Assembly (NCBI GenBank): GCA_030053945.1
Contig: JASGCW010000009.1
Location: forward strand, 1,690-65,689
Direction of reading: 5' to 3'
Origin: Limnohabitans sp.
GTDB taxonomy: Bacteria > Bacteroidota > Bacteroidia > Flavobacteriales > Flavobacteriaceae
Length of the DNA stretch: 64,000 bases
Made by a program: the position numbers and the translations under genes. Below are positions 9,176 through 17,604 of the stretch, in pieces. Under the pieces are notes generated by a model, which was not told the origin of the DNA, ran no database searches, and saw nothing but the letters and a program-made list of their open reading frames with translations. The first letter of the stretch is position 1, and each line of letters begins with the position of its first letter.

Positions 9176-11590
9176 TTATAGTTTGTTACTTTTCGGTTTT
9201 AATGCTTTTTTCATACCCTCTAACTGTTTTCTTTCTGAAGCTTTTAAAGGATATAAATGGCTATTGCCCATTTTGTATTGATTAGGTATAAATTGGTCTG
9301 TATATTGTTCATAAGCTTGAGCATTACGAACAAAATTAGCGTCGGCCAAAAGCGGTCTTCCTAGAGCTACTAAATCAGCACGTCCATTTAAAATGGTAGT
9401 GTTAATTTGGTCAATATCTTGGATATAACCCGCAGTAATAGTAGGAATTTGTACCGTATTACGAACCAAATCAGAAAAAGGAGTTTGCCACATTCTTCCT
9501 GTTTGAGGTTTTTGATTAGAAACCGTATTTCCAGTAGAAACATTAATAATATCTGCTCCTGCCTTTTTGAAAGTTTCTGCAATTATAATAACATCTTCTT
9601 CAGAAATTCCGTTTTCTGCCCAATCAGATGCTGATATTCTTACCGACATAGGTTTGTCAGTTGGAAAGGCATTTCGCATTTCGGTAAAAACTCGTAGAGG
9701 GAATTTTAGTCGATTTTCAATACTTCCACCAAATTCATCCCTACGAATATTAGTCAGAGGTGAAAGGAAAGAAGCTAATAGAAATCCGTGATGTGCTTGT
9801 AATTCTACTAAATCAAATCCAGCCTTATCTGCATTTAGTGTTGCTTGGACAAACTGCGAAGTGACCAAATCCATATCTTCAAGAGTCATTTCTTTAGGTG
9901 TAATAGAACTATCATTAAATGGAATAGCTGAAGCGGATAGCAATTCCCAAGGTTGACCAGTAAAAGTGTCTTGCCAAGGAATTTTTGAACAGCCTTTTCT
10001 TCCAGAGTGTCCTAATTGAATTCCTATTTTAGTGGAGGTATTATGATGGATAAAATCGGTTATTTTTTTCCATTCAAGTAATTGATTTTCATTATATATA
10101 CCCGCACAAGCTAAAGTGATTCTTCCATTTTCTGCAACTGCAGTCATTTCAGTCAAAATTAGTCCTACACCTCCTGTCGCTCGGCTACCATAATGGACTA
10201 AATGCCAATGGTTAACCAAACCATCTTTCGCTGAATATTGCCCCATTGGAGCCATTACAATTCGGTTAGAGAGTTCTAGATTGCGTAACTTGAAAGGGGT
10301 AAAGGCAGCGCTTTTGCCTTCGAGAGCCTCAGGCAACGCTTCGAGAGCCTCAGGCAACGCTTCGAGAGCCTCAGGCAACGCTTCGAGAACCTCAGGCAAC
10401 GCTTCGAGAACCTCAGGCAAAGCGTTTTTGTTGTCTGAGGCACTCGAAGACAACAAAGAAGACGACAAAAACTCTTTTAAAACCTTATCTGTAAATGATT
10501 TATCTCGTAAACGAAGGTTTTCATAAGTCACTTTTTTAGAGCGAGTCATACAGCCAAATGCAAATTGGTAAAAAGAATGCTGAATGTGTCGATCCATATT
10601 TTCAAACCAATCTAATGAAACAGTCGCTGCATACTGAATCATTTCTACTGGATTTCTTCGTGTTTGTTCATATTGTTCAAAGGCTGCTTGAATATCATTA
10701 GGATTTGCAATTACCGCATCTGATAGTCCTATAGCACAATCCATTGCCAGCTTTGTCCCCGAACCAATAGAGTAGTGGGCAGTAGCTTTTGCATCACCCA
10801 GCAATACCATATTATTGTGATACCAATTCTTATTAGTCACGTGTGGAAATTGTCTCCAATGTGATTTGTTAGAAATCAAAGGATGACCATCTAGTTCATC
10901 TTTAAAAATTTCCTGAATTTTAGTAATTGTATCTTCCTCGTTGGTTACTTCAAAACCAATATTTTCCCAAGTTTCATCACTACATTCAAATATCCAAGTA
11001 CTCATACCAGGTTCATATTGGTAGGAATGGGCTACAATAGTTCCGTGTGGAGTAGTTCTAAAAAAATAGGTAAAAGCATCCAGAGGTTTTGTAGAACCCA
11101 ACCATACAAACCGATTCTTTTTTAAAGTAATTTGAGTACCAAATTCTTTTTCAAATTTAGTTCGTGTTAAACTTCCTATTCCGTCAGCTACAAGAATAAT
11201 ATCTGAATCTTGCAATGGTGCCAAATCAGTAATTTCAGACTCAAAATGTAGATTAATTCCTTCTTCTTGACAACGTTGATGCAATAATTTTAATAAAGTC
11301 TTCCTTGAACAGCCACAAAAACCATTTCCAGAAGCACTTACTTGCTGTCCGTCACGAGCGACAATAATATCATCCCAATACGCAAAATTAGAGCGAATCA
11401 ATTCATAAGATTGCATATCACGTTTCAGGAATTCGCCTAAAGTTTCATCTGAAAACACAACCCCAAATCCGAAACTATCGTCGGGTTTGTTTCGTTCATA
11501 TATATCTATTTGACAATTTGGAATTGCTTTTTTTGTAAGTATTGAAAAGTAAAGTCCGCCTGGACCGCCACCTATAACAGTTATTTTCAT
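9176..11590 (-). CDS. Bifunctional salicylyl-CoA 5-hydroxylase / 2-aminobenzoyl-CoA monooxygenase-reductase type (FAD monooxygenase plus OYE-like domain)
   Basis: GGGPGGLY, FGFGVVFSD, GDAKATAHYSIGSGTKLAM in the N-domain; NRIVMAPMGQYSA, HHGFLLASFLSPLTN in the C-domain. Confidence 0.85.
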   Translation of the reverse strand: MKITVIGGGPGGLYFSILTKKAIPNCQIDIYERNKPDDSFGFGVVFSDETLGEFLKRDMQSYELIRSNFAYWDDIIVARDGQQVSASGNGFCGCSRKTLLKLLHQRCQEEGINLHFESEITDLAPLQDSDIILVADGIGSLTRTKFEKEFGTQITLKKNRFVWLGSTKPLDAFTYFFRTTPHGTIVAHSYQYEPGMSTWIFECSDETWENIGFEVTNEEDTITKIQEIFKDELDGHPLISNKSHWRQFPHVTNKNWYHNNMVLLGDAKATAHYSIGSGTKLAMDCAIGLSDAVIANPNDIQAAFEQYEQTRRNPVEMIQYAATVSLDWFENMDRHIQHSFYQFAFGCMTRSKKVTYENLRLRDKSFTDKVLKEFLSSSLLSSSASDNKNALPEVLEALPEVLEALPEALEALPEALEALPEALEGKSAAFTPFKLRNLELSNRIVMAPMGQYSAKDGLVNHWHLVHYGSRATGGVGLILTEMTAVAENGRITLACAGIYNENQLLEWKKITDFIHHNTSTKIGIQLGHSGRKGCSKIPWQDTFTGQPWELLSASAIPFNDSSITPKEMTLEDMDLVTSQFVQATLNADKAGFDLVELQAHHGFLLASFLSPLTNIRRDEFGGSIENRLKFPLRVFTEMRNAFPTDKPMSVRISASDWAENGISEEDVIIIAETFKKAGADIINVSTGNTVSNQKPQTGRMWQTPFSDLVRNTVQIPTITAGYIQDIDQINTTILNGRADLVALGRPLLADANFVRNAQAYEQYTDQFIPNQYKMGNSHLYPLKASERKQLEGMKKALKPKSNKL
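10318..10457. repeat. In-frame 21-bp tandem repeat x5 plus one inverted copy (REP-like doublet) inside the CDS
   Basis: CTTCGAGA(G/A)CCTCAGGCAACG at 10318, 10339, 10360, 10381 and 10402 (the last ends AAG); inverted copy TTGTCTGAGGCACTCGAAG at 10431-10449. Encodes ALPE(V/A)LE repeats. Confidence 0.95.
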
Positions 11591-11803
11591 AATTATGTTT
11601 TCTTAAAATCAAAAGCACCTAAAATGATGCTGTTTGCTAAATATGTTTTTAAATAAACTTAAAATATTTTCTCTTCGAAAAATTTCAGAAAATCATTTCA
11701 AGTTTTACTAAGCAAGAAATTTTGTCTGAGAAATTATTTATACTTCAAAATACTTAATTAGTAGTTTTTAAATTTTATATTAATTGCCAATTCACACTGC
11801 TTT

Positions 11804-12415
11804 TTAACCTCTTTTAATCGAAAATATTTCTCCTAACTTTGCATAATTAGAACCTGCTAAACGAGCAACAGGTTTATAATTCATTAGGTCTATTTTGTGA
11901 TCGTCAAGGAGTATTGTATCATCAAAATGCATCATTACAATTTTTCCAATAATCACACAAGCTCCACCATTTTTGTGACCTTCAAGAAAATAATGATGAA
12001 CCATTTCACATTCAAAATGAACCTTACTTTCTTTAACTCTTGGAGCATTAACTTTTATAGAATCAATAGGAGTTAATCCAGCCAACTCAAATTCACTTTC
12101 ATTAGATGGTATAGCTTGAGAAGTTGTATTCATCTTTTCCACTAAATCTTCTGTAACTAAATTTACAACAAATTGTTTTGAAGCTAATATATTGTTTAGT
12201 GTATCTTTATTTTTGTTACCTGTTCTTACAGTAGAAAACATTATATGTGGGGGATCTTCACCTACGGCATTAAAATAAGAAAAAGGAGCAAGGTTGTTTA
12301 TTCCATTTTCATCTACCGTAGAAATCCAACCTATAGGTCTTGGAATAATAGCACCTGTTAGTAATTTATATATTGCTTTGTCATCTATTATAGTAGGATC
12401 AAATTGCATTTTCAA
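11804..12415 (-). CDS. Flavin reductase-like family protein
   Basis: IPRPIGWISTV, NLAPFSYFN, KDTLNNI, PVARLAGSNY motifs. Confidence 0.85.
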   Translation of the reverse strand: MKMQFDPTIIDDKAIYKLLTGAIIPRPIGWISTVDENGINNLAPFSYFNAVGEDPPHIMFSTVRTGNKNKDTLNNILASKQFVVNLVTEDLVEKMNTTSQAIPSNESEFELAGLTPIDSIKVNAPRVKESKVHFECEMVHHYFLEGHKNGGACVIIGKIVMMHFDDTILLDDHKIDLMNYKPVARLAGSNYAKLGEIFSIKRG

Positions 12416-12512
12416 GTTGTTTGTTTATTTACAAATAAAAAGAAAAAAAACTAGAATTAAAAACCAATCTTTAGTCAACTTATTTATAATTTTAGCAAAA
12501 AATTTACAAACT

Positions 12513-14420
12513 ATGAGTTATTTTACAATCAAGGATTTAGAACACTATTTTAAAATGTATAAAAAGTCGGTTCGCGAGCCCAAAAAGTTTTGGGACAAAA
12601 TAGCCGATGAAAACTTTGTTTGGTATCAAAAATGGGATAAAGTTTTTGATTTTAATATGCAAGAAGCTCAATTCAAATGGTTTGTAGATGCAAAAGTTAA
12701 CATAACAAAAAATTGTATTGATCGTCATTTAGCTAGAAAGGGTGACAAGACTGCCATTTTATTTGAACCAAATAACCCTAATGAAGAAGCTGTACATATA
12801 AGTTACAATGAGCTTTACAAAAGAGTATCTAAAATGGCGAATGTACTTCGCGATCAAGGTGTAAAAAAAGGAGATAGAGTTTGTATTTATTTGCCTATGA
12901 TTCCAGAACTTGCAGTAGCTGTTTTAGCCTGTGCAAGAATAGGAGCAATTCATTCTGTCGTATTTGCTGGTTTTTCTGCGGGAGCACTTGAAGCAAGGAT
13001 AAATGATTGCGAAGCTTGTGTAGTTATTACCTCAGATGGTGGGTACAGAGGTGACAAAACTATTAACTTAAAAGCAATTGTAGATGAAGCCCTACAAAAG
13101 TGTCCTACTATTAATAAAGTTTTTGTAGCTAAACGTACTAATCATTCTGTTGAAATGAAAGAAAACAGAGACTTTTGGTTACAGCCTCTTTTAGACAGTG
13201 CATTAGATACAAATGTTGCAGAAATGATGGATGCAGAAGATCCATTGTTTATTTTATACACTTCAGGTTCAACAGGAAAACCAAAAGGGATGTTACATAC
13301 CACTGCTGGTTATATGGTTTACACGGGTTATACATTCAAAAATGTTTTTAATTATCAAGAAGATGATATTTTTTGGTGCACAGCCGATATAGGTTGGATA
13401 ACTGGTCACTCATATATATTATATGGACCACTATTAAACGGAGCTACAACTGTTATGTTTGAAGGTGTGCCTTCGTATCCTAATTTTTCGCGCTTTTGGG
13501 AAGTAATAGAAAAGCATAAAATCACACAATTTTATACAGCTCCTACAGCGATTAGGGCTTTAGCAAAGGAAAGTTTAGATTATGTACAACGTTTTCCTTT
13601 AAAATCACTAAAAGTTATTGGAAGTGTTGGTGAACCCATAAATGAAGAAGCTTGGCACTGGTATAATGATCATGTAGGAGGGAAGCGTTGCCCACTTGTT
13701 GATACTTGGTGGCAAACCGAAACAGGCGGAATTTTAATTTCACCAATACCATTTGTAACTCCTACAAAACCAACTTATGCAACGTTACCATTACCAGGAA
13801 TCCAACCAGTATTGATGGATGAATTACGTAATGAAATTGAAGACAATCAGGTTGTAGGTAGTTTGTGTATTAAATTCCCATGGCCAAGTATTGCTAGAAC
13901 TATTTGGGGTGATCATCAACGTTTTAAAGATACTTATTTTAAAGCATTTCCAGGTAAATATTTTACAGGTGACGGAGCACTACGCGACGAAGTAGGTTAT
14001 TATAGAATCACTGGAAGAGTTGATGATGTGATTATAGTTTCAGGTCATAATTTAGGGACAGCACCTATAGAAGATGCAATAAACGAGCATCCAGCAGTGG
14101 CGGAAAGTGCAATTGTTGGTTTTCCGCATGATATAAAAGGAAATGCTTTATATGGATATGTAATGCTGAAAGAAGTGGGTGAGAATAGAGATAAAGAAAA
14201 TGTATCTATTGAAATTAATCAATTAATTTCTGATCAGATAGGTCCAATTGCTAAATTAGACAAAATACAATATGTAAATGGTTTGCCTAAAACACGCTCG
14301 GGTAAAATTATGCGTCGTATTTTACGTAAAATAGCAGAAGGTGATTTCTCAAACTTTGGTGATACTTCTACATTGTTAAATCCAGAGATAGTTGAAGAAA
14401 TTAAAGAAGGGAAAGTTTAA
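12513..14420 (+). CDS. acs: Acetyl-CoA synthetase
   Basis: YTSGSTGKPKG, DTWWQTETGG, GLPKTRSGKIMRR. True start taken as the ATG at 12513 (MSYFTIK). Confidence 0.95.
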   Translation: MSYFTIKDLEHYFKMYKKSVREPKKFWDKIADENFVWYQKWDKVFDFNMQEAQFKWFVDAKVNITKNCIDRHLARKGDKTAILFEPNNPNEEAVHISYNELYKRVSKMANVLRDQGVKKGDRVCIYLPMIPELAVAVLACARIGAIHSVVFAGFSAGALEARINDCEACVVITSDGGYRGDKTINLKAIVDEALQKCPTINKVFVAKRTNHSVEMKENRDFWLQPLLDSALDTNVAEMMDAEDPLFILYTSGSTGKPKGMLHTTAGYMVYTGYTFKNVFNYQEDDIFWCTADIGWITGHSYILYGPLLNGATTVMFEGVPSYPNFSRFWEVIEKHKITQFYTAPTAIRALAKESLDYVQRFPLKSLKVIGSVGEPINEEAWHWYNDHVGGKRCPLVDTWWQTETGGILISPIPFVTPTKPTYATLPLPGIQPVLMDELRNEIEDNQVVGSLCIKFPWPSIARTIWGDHQRFKDTYFKAFPGKYFTGDGALRDEVGYYRITGRVDDVIIVSGHNLGTAPIEDAINEHPAVAESAIVGFPHDIKGNALYGYVMLKEVGENRDKENVSIEINQLISDQIGPIAKLDKIQYVNGLPKTRSGKIMRRILRKIAEGDFSNFGDTSTLLNPEIVEEIKEGKV

Positions 14421-14422
14421 TT

Positions 14423-15025
14423 ATGTAGAAAAACTATACTCAAGATGAATTATTTGAAGCTTATGAAAGCTGGATTACAAATTCTGGAAAAATAAGTAAA
14501 GATCTTGAAGAAGAAATCGAGAGTAGAGAAGGAGGAATGGATTCATTTCTTCGAGCTTATGAAAAAAATGAAAATATTAAAAGCGAGAAGAAGAGAATTG
14601 GATACGAAACTTTTCTTTATACAAATGAAGGAAAGAATCTTGAATTTATAAAAAATAATATTTCATCAGAAATTATTGATGATATTGAATTAAAAGTAAT
14701 AATTGAAAATCATTATAGAAAAAATATCAGTATAATTGAAAACAGAAAAATCAGCTCAAAAATTATTTTAAAAACAATATTTGCAACATTGATTAGTTCT
14801 GTAACAGGTTCAATATTTTTTTGTTTTTTAATATTAGGTTTGAAAATTATTTGGTGGAAGCCTTTTATAATTTTGGTTTATATACTAAATTATCAACTTA
14901 TTAAATTAATAACAAAAAGAAATAGAGATAATATAGTAATTTTTATAGGGGCTTTAATTGGAACAATTATCTCACTTTTAATTACATATCTATTTTTAAA
15001 AAATATAGTGACTTTACAACCCTAA
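14423..15025 (+). CDS. Hypothetical membrane protein; probable 5' extension blocked by a stop at codon 2
   Basis: ORF 14537-15025 has three C-terminal hydrophobic segments; the frame is open back to 14429 and is preceded by ATG-TAG at 14423-14428. Confidence 0.5.
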
Positions 15026-15574
15026 CTTTCCTCTCATTTTTAAAAATAATAGTGCTACATTGTAAGCAATAGTCCCTGAAGTTTGTACTTCAGGGTTTTT
15101 TATTTTATAAATTGTTAGCAGTTCCTCAAGCGAATATGGTCTGCCCATTTCATCTAAAATTCTACTATGCATTACTTCAACATCAAGTAAATTGTTTTTA
15201 ATTCGTCCACATTGAATTTTTGACAAATATTCGTTCAATATTTCAATGTCATAATGAATACGATGTCCTACAAGTGTAGCGTTTCCTATAAAATAGATCA
15301 AACTTTCTATAGCTTGAATCTCATCATAAGTCATTTCTTTTGCAGAAAGAATTTTTTCTTTATCTAAATCTATTTCAATACTTTTTTCAATCAGAATTTG
15401 ATTGTTTTCTATTGTAATTGCTCCTATAGAAAGAATTTTATCTTTATCTGGATTGATCCCAGTGGTTTCAATCTGTAAGACAACTTTTTTTGAACTAGGC
15501 TTCTCTATTTCTTGTAAATAATTTTTCCAAAAGTCAGGATAATCCTTTCCTAAATTTTTTAACCAATCAAGCAT
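15014..15574 (-). CDS. DEDDh-type 3'-5' exonuclease-like protein (degenerate motifs)
   Basis: LQIETTGINPDKDKILSIGAI and LVGHRIHYDIEIL resemble ExoI/ExoII. Confidence 0.75.
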   Translation of the reverse strand: MLDWLKNLGKDYPDFWKNYLQEIEKPSSKKVVLQIETTGINPDKDKILSIGAITIENNQILIEKSIEIDLDKEKILSAKEMTYDEIQAIESLIYFIGNATLVGHRIHYDIEILNEYLSKIQCGRIKNNLLDVEVMHSRILDEMGRPYSLEELLTIYKIKNPEVQTSGTIAYNVALLFLKMRGKLGL

Positions 15575-15575
15575 A

Positions 15576-17486
15576 TTATGAAAACTGTGTTAATTGGAAA
15601 GTATCTTTAACAATCTCTTCCAAATCTTTTAAAACGTGTAATGAATCTTTTAATTTTTCCTTTTCAGATTTTGAAAAAAGTTCTATATCAATAAATTCTC
15701 CCGAATTATCATTCTTTAAACCTTCCAAAGTCCTATAGCGAGACAAAAGTAAAAAAGTATCTGCTGCCATTAGATAAACTTCAGCATTATCTGGATTTCG
15801 AATGGCCAATTCTTTATAACGAGAAAATGTATTATTTACTCCTATCAAACTAAATTTTATCGTTAATAACCTTGCAATATCAACTAATTGATTGATGGCT
15901 TTCTCTTTTACATTCAATTTTCCTTTATGAATACCACTTTCTTCTTCATTAAATTTCTTAAAGAAGTTTAATGGTGCTGGTTTTTTGAGCGCATCGTTAC
16001 CTAAATAATCTAAAAACAATGTTTTACTTTGAATTTTGAAAATAGCATCTGTGATAGTCACTTCCATATTAGGATCTCCAAAAACAAATTCATAATCAAA
16101 AAAGATAGAACAGTGATCATTTGTAGATTCTCCAGGAGTGTTTATCCAATTTTCATATTGTTTCACCCATTCATTTAATGATTTACACCATTTTTCATTT
16201 GTTATTGAATCACCATATATGCAGTGTGAATAACCAATTTTTTCTAAAATATCTGAAGTTTTATTGGCTAACTGACTAAAGTAAAATTTCACATCTCTCA
16301 CTTGCTGAATATCCACATCTGCATACACCAATATATTATCGTGATCAGTAAGTAAAAGTTGCTCTTTTCGTCCTTGACTTCCAATACTTAAAAAAGCAAA
16401 TGGGACAGGAGGGGAGCCTAACTCTAAAATACTCAATTCTATAGCACGGCGAATAATAGCCAGTGTAACTTCTCCTGAAACATTGAATAAATGTTGTAAT
16501 GGAATGTTTTTAGTTAATGCCTGCTGAATTATAGAAGCTAGTGAGTTATATACAGCTCTTAATTCGACTGCATTCATTGCACGTTTTATTTCTTTCAATA
16601 AAACTCCAGGTGAGCTAGCCTGAGCTTGCACTAAATCGGTTTGAGTAATTACTCCTTTAACTTCAGTATTTGGAGTTCCATCAACAGTTACACAAAGATG
16701 ATGTACTTTATGGGATAACATAACCAATTGTGCTTCTGTTAATGACACATTTTCGGTTACTGTTATTACTGGATAAGTCATTATTTTATCTATATGAGAC
16801 TGTATAGCTTGCTTTCCTGTAGCTACTTTTAATCTAAAATCTGCATCTGTGACAATACCAACTAATTTGCCATTTTCTTTTACAAAAGCATTATCTAAAA
16901 GATTGTCAGTCATTAATATTGCAACTTCTCTTATAGTTTGATCGTGTTCTACAACAAGAGGTTTTTTATTATAGTTTAAAGTCTGAATAAATGAGAAATC
17001 ATTTTGAAATTCAGAAAATTGTCCAGTATCTGTAATTAATTTGTTTTTGTCTTTATCTGATGGATTATTAGAATTACTAGCAAAACTTTCTAATAAAAAG
17101 TTCAAAATTTTTGCATTTTGAGCTACAAATGGTTTTACTTTTTCAATAGGAACAGCATAAAGAATGACATCATCATTAGCTTTTGCAGTCATTTGATAAT
17201 TATTCTTAGCAAAAAAAGGACGAAGCCCAAAAATATCCCCAGAATAACATTTATTCAAAAGTGTTTCCTCAGCATCTGAAACTACAGTTAAATGAACAAC
17301 ACCAGAATTCACCACATAAAAGCAATCGTGTAATTCATCATTTATTTGAAATAATTTTTGGTTTTTATCCAAGTGAAGAACTCTGATAGAATTTGAAATC
17401 TCTTTTAAATCTTCAAAATTCAAAAAACTAAATGGTTTAAAATCTTTCAGAAAATTAGCAACATTTTCAATAATAGAATTTTTCAT
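15576..17486 (-). CDS. cNMP-binding / CBS / DUF294 nucleotidyltransferase-like protein
   Basis: N-terminal cNMP domain (GDIFGLRPF), CBS pair (VGIVTDADFR, KGVITQTDL), GSQGRKEQLLLTDHDN nucleotidyltransferase motif. Confidence 0.85.
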   Translation of the reverse strand: MKNSIIENVANFLKDFKPFSFLNFEDLKEISNSIRVLHLDKNQKLFQINDELHDCFYVVNSGVVHLTVVSDAEETLLNKCYSGDIFGLRPFFAKNNYQMTAKANDDVILYAVPIEKVKPFVAQNAKILNFLLESFASNSNNPSDKDKNKLITDTGQFSEFQNDFSFIQTLNYNKKPLVVEHDQTIREVAILMTDNLLDNAFVKENGKLVGIVTDADFRLKVATGKQAIQSHIDKIMTYPVITVTENVSLTEAQLVMLSHKVHHLCVTVDGTPNTEVKGVITQTDLVQAQASSPGVLLKEIKRAMNAVELRAVYNSLASIIQQALTKNIPLQHLFNVSGEVTLAIIRRAIELSILELGSPPVPFAFLSIGSQGRKEQLLLTDHDNILVYADVDIQQVRDVKFYFSQLANKTSDILEKIGYSHCIYGDSITNEKWCKSLNEWVKQYENWINTPGESTNDHCSIFFDYEFVFGDPNMEVTITDAIFKIQSKTLFLDYLGNDALKKPAPLNFFKKFNEEESGIHKGKLNVKEKAINQLVDIARLLTIKFSLIGVNNTFSRYKELAIRNPDNAEVYLMAADTFLLLSRYRTLEGLKNDNSGEFIDIELFSKSEKEKLKDSLHVLKDLEEIVKDTFQLTQFS

Positions 17487-17604
17487 TGTTTTTTATGTGT
17501 TTACTTATTTAGTAAAATTAGCAACATTTTTTAGAAGATAGAAGTATATTTTAAAAAATTCTATTTTACATAATATAAATTATAGTTCAAATATATTTCA
17601 ATTT

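Noticed and set aside
10318-10422. 21-bp repeats as a CRISPR array
   Set aside because: The units are contiguous with no spacers, lie in frame within a CDS, and there are no cas genes.
10281-10526. Plus-strand 81-aa ORF with ASGNASR repeats
   Set aside because: It is the antisense shadow of the repeat inside the real minus-strand gene.
12294-12512. N-terminal extension of acs in the ORF track
   Set aside because: It overlaps the opposite-strand flavin reductase; homology-like sequence begins at MSYF (12513).
15014-17486. DUF294 plus exonuclease as a toxin-antitoxin or CBASS-like defence system
   Set aside because: The cNMP/CBS architecture and acs context fit metabolic regulation; no HEPN partner, CD-NTase motifs or effector seen.
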